A stretch of DNA of 61,563 nt from Aurantiphycus algarum (GTDB lineage Bacteria > Bacteroidota > Bacteroidia > Cytophagales > Cyclobacteriaceae), in contig CANLOR010001096.1 in NCBI GenBank assembly GCA_947492865.1, forward strand, positions 1 through 61,563. Reading direction: 5' to 3'. The position numbers and the translations under genes are program-made. The notes beneath the pieces are model-generated. The model was given only the letters and a program-made list of their open reading frames with translations. It was not told the DNA's origin and ran no database searches. Numbering within the stretch: the first letter of the stretch is position 1; every line of letters starts with the position of its first letter. Of this stretch, positions 34,264 to 45,200 are shown piece by piece.

Positions 34264-35787
34264 TTATTTGTTAAAGATTTTTCCGGGATTGAGTATGTGG
34301 TTCGGGTCAAACACTTTTTTGATGCCTTCCATGACCCGTATCTGTGTTTCGGAAAGTGCGAGCGGCAGGTAGTCTTTTTGAAGTTCTCCTATACCGTGTT
34401 CGCCCGAAATAGTACCGCCAAAAGCAACCGCTGACCGATAGATTTCTTGAAGGGCTTTATCGATTACCTCTTCAGGTCTGCGCTCCTGCTTATAGACCAG
34501 CATCGTATGTAGATTACCATCCTTTGCATGTCCGAAACTGCATACCTCCAGCGCATGTTTTTCCATAATGGTATTGACCGCTACCATAAATTGGAAAAGG
34601 TGCGTCACGGGAACAGAGGCATCCACATCCCTATAGGTCAGACCATTGGATGTCATCGCCTCTCCGATACTGGTCCTCAGCTCCCATAACCTTTCTTTCT
34701 CCCTGACATTGGTCGCTACCAGAGGTTCCTGAAATGTGAAAGGGCTTATGGTGGCGTATACCCTTTCGAGATCCCTACAGAGTACCTCTTCGCTATGCGC
34801 ATCCAATTCTATGATTACCTGTGCCTTGACGGATTCATTACCGATAAATGGAGCATTCTTCGATACAAAGGGTCGGGTCAGCCTTATGGCATTTTCGGAA
34901 ATCAGTTCCACACAAGCTGGGTCAAGAGAGGTTCCCGATATCGCAGTAACGGCTTCACAGGCCTTTTTATCCGATGCAAAAGCCGCTAATACCGTTAGCT
35001 CATGAGTCGGTAGGGGCAATAGCTTTAGCAGTACTTTAGTAATAATACCGAGTGTTCCCTCACTACCTACCAAAAGTTCATTGAGATTGAATCCTGTGGC
35101 ATTTTTATAGACATTGGCCCCGGTAAACATGATTTCTCCTGTGGGCAATACTACCTCCATATTCAATACATACTGTTTGATGGTCCCATATTTTGCGGAC
35201 TTGGGACTACCTGCCGAAGTAGCAATATTACCACCTATCATACTACTACCACCACTCCCCGGAAGGACAGGATAGTACAGGCCATGACTTTTCACTGTAG
35301 TAAAAAGTGTCTCCGTGATAACACCCGCTTCTACCCAGACCCATTTGTTGATGCTATCTACCTGATGTATCCTATTCAGCCTTTCCAATGAGAGGACCAA
35401 GCCATTTTCTACAGGTATACTCCCCCTGACCACACCTGTTGCTCCGGAACTTGGACTTAAGGGTATTTTGTGCTGATGACATAAGCGCAGTAGGGAGGCA
35501 ACTTCCGCCGTATTTCCCGGTTTTACCAGTACGTCGGCATCACCTAGTATGCTTTCCCTATCTGTCCCATCACATTCATCGACATCCGAAGCGGTAATGA
35601 CATACCGGTCTCCCACTATAGTCGTAAAGTCGGTAATATACTGCCTTGCAAGACCATAATTATCCGCTGTTATTGTAGGTCGCAAATCCATTTCCATCAC
35701 TTCTTTTTGTTTAGTACAAAGGATACGTAATACACGTTTTGGTTTCGGATACTGGTGTAGCGCCACGCGCATCATATCACTTCCCAA
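34264..35787 (-). CDS. FAD-linked oxidase/dehydrogenase of the GlcD / D-lactate dehydrogenase family
   Basis: Track ORF of 507 aa. The FAD_binding_4-like N-terminal half reads 'VLVKPGNTAEVASLLRLCHQHKIPLSPSSGATGVVRGSIPVENGLVLSLERLNRI'. The C-terminal half is of the FAD-oxidase_C type ('GTISGEHGIGELQKDYL'). The track start at 35787 is a TTG. A more plausible ATG is at 35695-35697 ('MEMDLRP...'), which would lengthen the upstream gap. Confidence 0.85.
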   Translation of the reverse strand: MGSDMMRVALHQYPKPKRVLRILCTKQKEVMEMDLRPTITADNYGLARQYITDFTTIVGDRYVITASDVDECDGTDRESILGDADVLVKPGNTAEVASLLRLCHQHKIPLSPSSGATGVVRGSIPVENGLVLSLERLNRIHQVDSINKWVWVEAGVITETLFTTVKSHGLYYPVLPGSGGSSMIGGNIATSAGSPKSAKYGTIKQYVLNMEVVLPTGEIMFTGANVYKNATGFNLNELLVGSEGTLGIITKVLLKLLPLPTHELTVLAAFASDKKACEAVTAISGTSLDPACVELISENAIRLTRPFVSKNAPFIGNESVKAQVIIELDAHSEEVLCRDLERVYATISPFTFQEPLVATNVREKERLWELRTSIGEAMTSNGLTYRDVDASVPVTHLFQFMVAVNTIMEKHALEVCSFGHAKDGNLHTMLVYKQERRPEEVIDKALQEIYRSAVAFGGTISGEHGIGELQKDYLPLALSETQIRVMEGIKKVFDPNHILNPGKIFNK

Positions 35788-36011
35788 GAAATAGGCTTCT
35801 CATAATCGGGAAGGAGTAGCCTGTTACAATGCCCCGAACATGGGTACTCATCCTGGGATTTTCATTCCATGGTAAAATAAAACCACCAAATATCGAATGC
35901 CGGACCATTACTTCATCTTCGGGTACAGCGCATTTGACCAGCGGTTTATAACTTTATAAATTACTTCAAGGCCAAGAAAATGGGTTCCATAAATGCCATG
36001 GGCTCCGAATA

Positions 36012-37112
36012 TCAAGTTTCGGCCATGGCGTTATATTTCATGATCTGTCGTTCTTCTGCTTTTTTAAGAACATTGATATTCTTGAGTGCGAAACCGGTGT
36101 AGCCATTGACCCGCTGTACCAGCTCGTAGAAGAAGAAGGGCCTATCACCAAAGGGTTTGATGAATTTCTGCAATAGGTAGCCGTCACCTTCTTTGTCGAT
36201 CAAGATGCCCTGTTCTTCGAGTTCATCGATATCGAAACCTTTCAGATCTTCATTTTCTCTTAGCAGGTCATAGTAAGTAGGTGGAAATTGAACAAAGTCT
36301 ATACTGTTCTTTCTCAGCTTTTTTACTGTTTCTACCAAATCATCGGTGGCAAAGGCTACATGATGTATACCAGGACCAAAGTTGTCGATATTCTGCTGGA
36401 CTTTTGAGTTAGGAGCATGACTGTTGGGTTCTGCCATTACAAAGGTCATACGCTTGTCCGGTGATTGATTGATGTTCAGCACCAGACCCGTCTTATTGTC
36501 CTCGCTCTTACTGATACCCTGTATCATCTGGGTACCCAAGGTATCTTTCAGATAGGATGTCCAAAAATCGATTTGGTTTATTCTGAGTTCACTGGCGATG
36601 TGGTCTACTGAGGTGAAGCCGTTGTCAAACGTCGCCTTACTCTCTACTACCTTCTCATAACCAGGTCGGAAAATGCCCTCATAGTTATCTCTATTGGAAA
36701 ATACGATTTCATTCTGGTCATAGAGCCTGATGGAGGCTTCTTCTATATATCCTTTTTCATCCTCGGTAGTGACGGGGAATCTAATGGGGATACCTCCTGC
36801 TGCTACAGCATGATCGAAAGCACTACTTACATCATCAGTAGCTATGACCACTCTTTTCATCCCCAGGGAATTGGTATTGACAAATGAAAGTACCTCGGCG
36901 GCATCCGTAGAGTTAGCGGAGGTCAGTGCCGCAGTTATAACCAGTTTTATCTCTCCTTTTTCCAGTAGATAAGAGACCACTCCTTTCGTCCCATTTTCAG
37001 GACTTTTATAGCCTATTATATCAAAGCCCAGAGCATTACTATGCCAGTATACCAAGGGTTTGGCCATGGATACGAATAGTTCTATATAATCTATATGATG
37101 GTTGGTCTTCAT
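36012..37112 (-). CDS. 4-hydroxyphenylpyruvate dioxygenase family enzyme (HPPD or 4-hydroxymandelate synthase, HmaS-like)
   Basis: Track ORF of 366 aa with a two-VOC-domain layout. Family motifs are 'GIHHVAF', 'GYLLQKFIKPFGDRPFFFYELVQR' and 'GFALKNINVLKKAEE'. Its start overlaps the stop of the upstream fusion gene by 4 nt. I cannot separate HPPD from HmaS by eye. Confidence 0.85.
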   Translation of the reverse strand: MKTNHHIDYIELFVSMAKPLVYWHSNALGFDIIGYKSPENGTKGVVSYLLEKGEIKLVITAALTSANSTDAAEVLSFVNTNSLGMKRVVIATDDVSSAFDHAVAAGGIPIRFPVTTEDEKGYIEEASIRLYDQNEIVFSNRDNYEGIFRPGYEKVVESKATFDNGFTSVDHIASELRINQIDFWTSYLKDTLGTQMIQGISKSEDNKTGLVLNINQSPDKRMTFVMAEPNSHAPNSKVQQNIDNFGPGIHHVAFATDDLVETVKKLRKNSIDFVQFPPTYYDLLRENEDLKGFDIDELEEQGILIDKEGDGYLLQKFIKPFGDRPFFFYELVQRVNGYTGFALKNINVLKKAEERQIMKYNAMAET

Positions 37113-39196
37113 ACCATTTCTGCTTTTAGGTTTGCATATTTTTTATCGTTGATCGATACTTTATCCTTCAGGTATTCTGCGAAACTTCTTATTCCTATTT
37201 CTATTTGCTCCAGAGAGAGGTTGGAAAAGGTCAGCCTTATCTCGTGCTGCCCCCCTTCACCCAGATAGAAATAGGTCATCGGGAAGTAGATTACTCCATA
37301 TTTATCCGCACACAAAGCGACCTCCTCTTCGGTCACCTCGAACGGTACTGTCATCTTTAGGAAAAAACCGCCTTTGGGCTCGTTCCAGATAATGTCCGCT
37401 GCCCATTCGTCTTTGAAGGCTCCTACGTAGGTATCCAGGGCGGAAATGATTTTGTCTCTTTTGATTTTATAGGTTTCGTATTTTTCCTGATTGAGCTTAC
37501 TCAGCGAATAATCCTGATCGATCAGTATACCGGCAAGAATGGCCTGTGTTATGGAAGGGGTGTTGTTTGAAAACAAGGCCTTGACCTTGGCCATCTCATC
37601 ACTCAGGGCACTGACTTTTCCCGGTGTGTACTCCACCTCTTGCCCCGCTGCGATGATGCCCGCTCTTATCCCGGGAAACAATGATTTGGAAAATGAACCA
37701 ACATAAATAACCCGTTTGCCTCTATCCAAGGATTTTAGTGTTGGGTTTCTCTTTTCTTCATAGGTAAAACTATTGTATACACCATCCTCTATAATATAGA
37801 AGTTATGATCGTTCGCCATCTGTAGCAATTTCAATCTGTTTTCTACGGGCATACAGCAACCGGAGGGGTTCTGGTAGTCAGGAATCACATAGACCAGTTT
37901 GACATTGGCCCCACTATGATTGACCGAAATGACTTTGTCCTTCAATTCATCCAAGTCGATGCCGTTCTGGTCCGTACTTACCGCTCGGGTGTCGTATCCA
38001 AAAACTTTCGCAAAGCTGCTAACACCTATATAACTGGGGTTTTCCAACAGTACGACATCCTGTCCTCTATTGCATAGGGTAGAAACGATTACCGCAAAAG
38101 CTTCCTGCGCACCCAAAGTCACCAATATGTCTTCGGGCTTGACCTTGATACCTTCGTCTTTTTTCAGGTACTCGGCGATGACCTCATTGATGATGCCCTT
38201 GGTTTTGTTATACTGCCCCAAGCCATCGATCAGTTCCCGTCGGCTCTTATGACTGTCTTTTTTCTCCAAGTAGTCGATATAGGTATGGAATTTATCCATA
38301 TGGCTTTCGATATTGAAAAAGCGCTGGTCCGGTTGCCCTGCTGCGAATGAAATACTGTTAGGGAACCTGAATTGAATATCGTTCAAGAAGCCAATCACAT
38401 TGTTAAAGCCGTTCGTTAGCGTGGAGTTCACCGATAGTTTAGCAGGCTCTAGGTCTACTTCATCTTCAGCTGCCTGTTGTAAGTTGGCGATAAGGTAGTC
38501 TTCCAGGTCTTTCAGACAATCGAACAGATCATCAAAAGAATCAATGACAAAATATTCTTTTTGCAACTTATAGTTATCATAGGGCGTATTAAGGATCTTG
38601 CTAATGTCAAAAGCATGCTTGGGAATATCGGGGTTCTTAACGTTGGTTATTTCACTATCGGAAGTAATGATGGCACCACCATAGGGCTTCATTTCTCCAC
38701 TCTCCCAAATCACCCCCATCTCAAATGTGAACCAATACAAACGTCCTAAAAATTCAACTGCTTTTTCATTCTCCACATACTTTAGTGCAATAATGCTGAA
38801 CTCGGTCAGAAAGCGATAGAACCGCTCATTGGTCAAAAGTGGTATATGCCCATAGATATCATGAAAAATATCAGGGTCTTCACTAAAGTCGAGTTCATGC
38901 AGCTTTCGTACGGGAACAGTTATGGGATACTTTTTATTGATCAGCATGAAGAAAAAATCTCTGGTAGGGATGAGTCCCGAAACAGGAATCAAAGACCAAC
39001 CCGAAACCTTTTTCAGGCGGTCACTCAGCTCCTCTATCTTAATTACCTTAGACGAGTCCAAGGACAGTATGTCAAAGCCCTTCTGGTACTCAATAGAGGC
39101 TTTTTTATAGTTTAGGCTCATTTGGCGGTCGTTTAGCTTAGACCATGTCAGATGGTCTTCTGCTGTATAGGCATCATAGTCTTGAGAAATAATCAT
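37109..39196 (-). CDS. Fusion protein: pterin-dependent aromatic amino acid (Phe) hydroxylase domain + class I/II PLP aminotransferase domain
   Basis: Track ORF of 695 aa. The N-terminal 240 aa or so (about 38477-39196) match bacterial PhhA-type hydroxylases ('EDPDIFHDIYGHIPLL', 'LYWFTFEMGVI', 'PYGGAIITSDSE', 'YFVIDSFDDLF'). The C-terminal 430 aa or so (about 37112-38413) are aminotransferase-like and carry the PLP-lysine motif 'SFSKSLFPGIRAG'. Confidence 0.85.
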   Translation of the reverse strand: MIISQDYDAYTAEDHLTWSKLNDRQMSLNYKKASIEYQKGFDILSLDSSKVIKIEELSDRLKKVSGWSLIPVSGLIPTRDFFFMLINKKYPITVPVRKLHELDFSEDPDIFHDIYGHIPLLTNERFYRFLTEFSIIALKYVENEKAVEFLGRLYWFTFEMGVIWESGEMKPYGGAIITSDSEITNVKNPDIPKHAFDISKILNTPYDNYKLQKEYFVIDSFDDLFDCLKDLEDYLIANLQQAAEDEVDLEPAKLSVNSTLTNGFNNVIGFLNDIQFRFPNSISFAAGQPDQRFFNIESHMDKFHTYIDYLEKKDSHKSRRELIDGLGQYNKTKGIINEVIAEYLKKDEGIKVKPEDILVTLGAQEAFAVIVSTLCNRGQDVVLLENPSYIGVSSFAKVFGYDTRAVSTDQNGIDLDELKDKVISVNHSGANVKLVYVIPDYQNPSGCCMPVENRLKLLQMANDHNFYIIEDGVYNSFTYEEKRNPTLKSLDRGKRVIYVGSFSKSLFPGIRAGIIAAGQEVEYTPGKVSALSDEMAKVKALFSNNTPSITQAILAGILIDQDYSLSKLNQEKYETYKIKRDKIISALDTYVGAFKDEWAADIIWNEPKGGFFLKMTVPFEVTEEEVALCADKYGVIYFPMTYFYLGEGGQHEIRLTFSNLSLEQIEIGIRSFAEYLKDKVSINDKKYANLKAEMV

Positions 39197-39226
39197 AGTA
39201 TGATATTTTTTGGTGTGCTTAAGTTC

Positions 39227-42200
39227 TTAAAAGTTAAATAATGGTTCATCTTCACTTAATCCTTCGGAAGTTGTCTGTTGGTCGCTGACCATCTCTATAT
39301 CTATGAGGTCGGTATCCATTTGATGAGTTTGATAATGAATTATCTTTAGAAGATGATCTTTGAAATCAACCATGGTATTTGTGTCGAACACTCCTACTTT
39401 ATAATTTACGGAGCATAGAATCTCACTTCCATCGGCACGTTCCATAAACATGATATCCAAATCAAAGTCACCTTTATCCTGTTCTTCGAACTGTGATTTG
39501 ATTTTTATTCCCTCTAGGTCATTTTCACTTGTACTTTGGTCCTCTTTGGTATAAGATATCATGACATTGAACAGTTTCCCTTCGATCAGCTGACCCGTCC
39601 GATGTAGGTCTCTTATGATTTCATCATAAGGATATGCCTGATGCTTCCATGCACTGAACACACTGTCCCTAACCGTCTGAAGTAGCGTTTTTAGGGTGTC
39701 ATCGTTTTTGAAAGTGGTTCGTATAGGGAGTGTGTTCACATAGAACCCGATTTGGTTTTCAAGATCGGGATGTATCCTTCCGGATACAGGAGTACCTACG
39801 ATGATATCATTTTCCCCCGTGTACCTATACAGTAATACTTTCAGTGCTGTCAGTAAAACGATGAACACAGTGCTACCGGAATCAAGACTGAGTTTTTTCA
39901 GGTTGTCGGTCACCTGAGTGGGTATGGACAGTGTATAAGTACCCTTTTCCTCAGTGCCACCCACGGTAAGGGCCGAATAAAACTCAGATTGTGGAGGCAG
40001 TTCTTGTAACGTCGACTCCCAATACTGCTTGTGCGAAAGCAGTTTCTTTTGCTGTAGGAGTTCCTCATACCAGACGACATAATCTTTGTATTGAATTTTC
40101 AAGGGAGTTGTTTTTTCGACTTCAGTATCGAAGGATGTGCTGTAATGCTGTAACAGATCCTTTATCAGTACCTTCATGGACCAGCCATCGGCGATAATAT
40201 GATGGAGAGTAAGGATAAAGATGAAATGTTCCTCCGAGACGTGTACCAGTATCCCTCTGAGCAATGGCGGTTTTTCCAAATCAAAAACATGATTGGACTC
40301 CTCTCTGATAATGACCTGCGCTTTCTCGGCACTGGTGTCCTCGTTTCGGTAATCCAGATAGACCATTTTAAAATCAGATTTTTCCACATCCAATATCCGT
40401 TGTTTGGGCATGCCTTCTATATTGACGATGACACTTCTGAGTATCTCATGACGTACGAACAGGGCATCAAACGCTTTGCGGAAAGCTTCGACGTTTAGTT
40501 TTCCATAGAGGTGATGAGCTCCCGAAATGTTATACTGCGTGCCCAGAGGGTCGAGCTGGTTCAGAAACCACATCCGTTTCTGGGCATTGGATACTTCATA
40601 GTAAGATTTTTCATCAATAGGTATTATAGGCAGGTAATTGTCCCGTTGCTGAGACTCGATATGTGTTGCCATCAGCTCTGGTGTAGGAAATTTGAATATG
40701 GCCACCAAATCCAACTGGATACCCAATATCTTGTATAATCTTGTCACTAAGCGCGTAGCTTTCAGGGAGTGTCCCCCAAGTTCAAAGAAGTTATCGCTCG
40801 GTCCAATGTTCTTTTTCCCTAAAATATCTTCCCAGATACCTACAATCTGTTTCTCCAATTTTGACATTGGCCCTGTTTCCACTGCATCTAGGTCCGTGGA
40901 CCGGCCGGTAGGAATAGGTAGCTTCTTTCTGTCCACCTTGCCACTATTGTTCAGTGGGAAACTGTCTAGCTGAACAATAGTCGAGGGTATCATATAAGCA
41001 GGGAGCACTTGCCTTAGGTATCCGCGCAGTGCGCTTTCATCGACTGGTACATTTCCTACCACAAAAGCGACCAATGACTTATCCCGAAAAGTATCCTCTT
41101 TTACCAGTACTACCGCTTCGTTGACTTCTTGGTATTTTTCCAAAGCCCGTTCGATTTCTCCGATTTCAATCCTATATCCCCTCAGTTTTATCTGGTCATC
41201 CTGTCGGCCAAGAAACATAACATTTCCATCAGGCAAGTATTTGGCCCTATCTCCTGTCCTGTACATCCTGCTATAGTGGTCCTGTGCCTGTTTTGCAAAG
41301 GTCTTTCTACCCGAAAAGCTCCAAATCGTATACTCCTGTATACCGTCGCGGCTGGATACAATCAATTGGAAGTTTCTGATGACGATATCCCTTGCCCCAA
41401 GATCATAGAATACCTGAACCATCTTCAGTTTGTCTTCTTCCATATTCTTTCCAAGACATATCCGGTCTTGATTCTGGGTATAGACTATTTTCTCTTCTAC
41501 ACCTCCATCGTCTTCCGGCACAATAGGTAGCAGTGTCTGAAGGGCAAACCGCCCGTCTTCTTTAAGAACCCCGAGAAGATTTTTGATTAGATTTTGAGGG
41601 TATTCGACCCTGTCCAATAACAATGTGGAAAGAGAAAAGTCCTTACTGCCCGGTAGTAGGTCATGTGCGGTACAAAATTCTTCGAATGGCAAGTCTACTT
41701 CTGCCAAGTATGCTTCCAATCCTATATCTCTGGCTCTTTGGATGAAAAATGGACTGAGTTCGAAACCTATTACCTCAGCACCCAGTTCTTGGAGTATACT
41801 CAGTACTTCAGCATTGCCAAAACCTAGTTCCACTCCTTTTTTTCCTGTGAAATCATCCAATGCAAATAATTGCTTGACCACAGAAGCATCCATACCCACC
41901 GAAGCGTAACTATTGTGATAGCCTTCTAAAAAGTACCTGCTGAACCCCTCGTATTTGACAGGGTTACCTTGGTGTTTGTCCAAGAAGGCTTTAGTGCCGA
42001 CTACTATGTCAGCATCAAGGTTTTGGGTCAAGTCATACAGTTTGGATATATCTTGAATGGCCTCATTGGTTATCGGAGGCTGTTTTTGTGCCTTTTTTCT
42101 AAAATCCTGCACCTGCTGCTTCCAGGCTTTGGCCTGTAGTCGACCTCGGTCTTCGTACTTATCGGATAGGAAGAATGGATTGGGCAGAAACTTTTCCAAT

Positions 42201-45200
42201 GTAGCGACGGTATTGTGAAGGTATCCTTCAGCCATGCCGAGACCGGAGAGATAAAGATCTCCTTCAACGCCAGTGCTCACGGGGTTTCCATCATTGTCCA
42301 AGATATAGGAGTCCGTATTGGAGATAGGTTTACCTATCGCTACAGGACTATCGCCCTGTAGCGATAGCATTTGGTAATCTACTTCGTGCAAATGCGAATA
42401 GACGGAATATTCTGTGGGTCCGTAGGCATTCATGAACCTACACTGTGCCGACCATTTTCGGGCCAGACTCGGTGGACATACTTCACCTACCGATACTACG
42501 GACATCTTATCTATGTGCTTTATGGCCTCAGGGGACATCTGGTGAAGCAGTGACGGAACGAATACCCCAACCGATATCTGTTGCTCATTGATAAAGTCTA
42601 CCATACCTTCCGGTGTCAAGTACTCCGAGTACATACACAGGGTAGCCCCATTGAGCATGGCCATGAACGTTTCCCCAATGGCACCGTCAAAACTGTAGGA
42701 AAAGTGCTGTAATACCCTGCTCTCAGTACCTATTGTAAAGTTTTTTTGCTGCCAATTTGTAAGGTTGACCACACCTCTGTGAGGAACCAAAACCCCTTTG
42801 GGCTGTCCTGTCGATCCAGAGGTATAGATGATATAGGCCGGGTCGGCATCATTTGATCTCACCTTAGGGTTATTGATACGTGCCGGAGCATCTTCGACAC
42901 TATCCACAACTTTTACCTTGGTACCGTTCCAGCCCGACAGTACCCCCTCCGCTGTATGATTCTCCTTATACAGTAGCACACTCAGCTGGGTATCTTTGAG
43001 TATATAAGCTATCCGTTCAGCGGGAAGTGATGGATCTATAGGGACATATACCGCTCCTGCTTTGAGTACTGCCAGCAAGCTGATGATCAGCATAGGAGAC
43101 TTCTCCATGACTATACCGACAAAATCTTGTGGGCAGACGTTTTGGTCTGTGATCAATTGATGTGCCAATTGATTGGCCCGTTCATTGATAGAATTGTAGG
43201 TCAGCCGTTGATTTCCAAAGATAATGCCTATTTGTTCGGGCCTTTGAGCCACTTGTTGTTCGAAGGCCTCCACAATCGTTTGACCATAGGGGTATGCTGA
43301 TCTGGAGTCGTTGAACACTTGAATGATTTCGGTATACTCCTGATGGGACAAGTAATCGATATCTTTGATCTTTGCATCAAACTCACCCGATACAGCCTTG
43401 GCTATGTTTCGATAATGCTCCAAGGCCCGTTCCATTCGATCTTTGTTGAACAAAGCCGTACTGTAGGTGATTTCCAATCTGATTGTCCCATTTTTGGTAA
43501 GGTGAAAGTTGAATGTAATATCGAATTTGCTGCTCACACTTTTGACCTCTAATGGTCTAATATGCTCATTGTCCACTAGTTCATGGTCGCTCGCATGCAG
43601 TGCAACCATGACATCAAATAGTGGTGATCGGCTCAGATCACGCCGCAGGTCGAGGCTCTCGACCAGCAAATCGAAAGGATAGGATTGATGTTCATAGGCT
43701 TTTAAGGTATTGGATTTTACGTTCTCCAATACCTCACTGAATCGGTCATCAGCAGAAAGTTGGTTTCTCAAAGGCAAGGTATTTACATAAAAACCTATTT
43801 GTTCTTCGAGATCGGGATGCTCCCTGCCCGCCACTGGAGTACCGATTACAATATCTCCCTGTCCGGAATATTTATATAATAGCACATTGACCGATGCTAT
43901 CAAAAACATGAACAGGCTTGACTCTGCTGTAGTAGATAGAGAGATTATCGCCTGGGACAGCTCCCTCTCCAGAGTAATACTCACGGCATCGCCGGCAAAA
44001 CTTTGCAGCAAAGGGCGCTGCCTATCGAGTGGCAGGTCCAACATAGGGATATCGCTATCGTATAGCTTCTCCCAGAAGTCCTTATGTGCTGTGTACACTG
44101 GTTCCTGGATAGTTTTACGCTGCCAAGCTGCATAGTCCTTATAGTGTATGGCCAGTGGAGTTTTGAAATACGTTTTTTCTTCTTGATAGCAATTGTAAGC
44201 TTCCATAACCTCTGTTATCAAAACGTTCATGGACCAGGCATCGGAGATGATATGATGAATGGTAAAGAGCAATACATATTGTTGTTCGGCCAGCTCCAGT
44301 AGTTTCGCCCTCAATAGTGGTCCTTGCTCTAGGTCGAATGGTTCCTCAGCCTCTTTGAACATCCATTGATAGGCCTCTTCCATCGGATTTTCGCTATCCT
44401 TTAGGTCGATGCCTTCCAGCTCAAATTCCATTTTCTCATGCACTTTTTGCCTGAGTTCCCCGTCTACTTGCAGAAATGTTGTTCTCAGTATCTCATGCCT
44501 ATCGATCAAACTGTTGAAGCCCGAACACAAAGCCACACTGTCCAGCTGTCTATCGATCCGATAGGCTCCAGGGATATTGTAGGATGCCTTCTGTCCCTCC
44601 ATCTGGTGAAGTATCCATAAACGTTTCTGCCCTAGAGATACCTCATAATACGCTGCTTGATTGATGGGACTGATGGGTTCGTAGACCAACCCACCTTGTT
44701 TTTTGAGCTGTATAGCAAGTTCTTTGACCGTGGGATACCTAAAAAGTGAGGTAATATTGGTATCGATACCAATACTTTTGAGTATTTTGGAAACTACTTT
44801 TGTCGCTTTCAATGAGTGACCTCCCAGCTCGAAAAAGTTACTGTTGACTCCTATTGGGCTTATTTCCAATACTTCCTCCCAAATAGTTATGAGGGATTCC
44901 TGTAGGTATCCCTTTGGTGCTTCGTAGGTTTCTGAACTCGCACCCTGAAATGAATAGTCACTCAAAAGTTCCTTTTTGTCGATTTTTCCGTTGCTGTTCA
45001 GTGGGAAGGCTTCCAATTGGACAAAGTCCGCAGGAATCATATACTCTGGGAGCTTATTTCTCAAATAGGAACGCAACAGTCCTTTTTCCACGGGTTCTTC
45101 GGCAATAAAGAAAACGCAGATCAGTTTTTCATTGGTATTGCTTTCGAATACGGTAGCTACGGTTTCTTTGACCAAAAACGATGTGGACAGCATCCTTTCT

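Noticed and set aside
35777-35908. A 43-aa minus-strand ORF (MVRHSIFGGFILPWNENPRMSTHVRGIVTGYSFPIMRSLFLGK) in the internal gap, considered as a possible MbtH-like protein or precursor peptide.
   Set aside because: It lacks the MbtH signature (conserved Trp/Pro pattern such as NxExQxSxWP) and any leader/core-like features. It is too short and unsupported to call.
36012-37112. HPPD-family gene considered as a housekeeping tyrosine-catabolism or pigment (homogentisate) gene that merely happens to be adjacent.
   Set aside because: I could not rule this out on sequence alone. However, its start overlaps the fusion gene by 4 nt and it sits inside the NRPS operon, so a biosynthetic (HmaS-like) role is the better working hypothesis. 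This remains flagged as uncertain in the findings.
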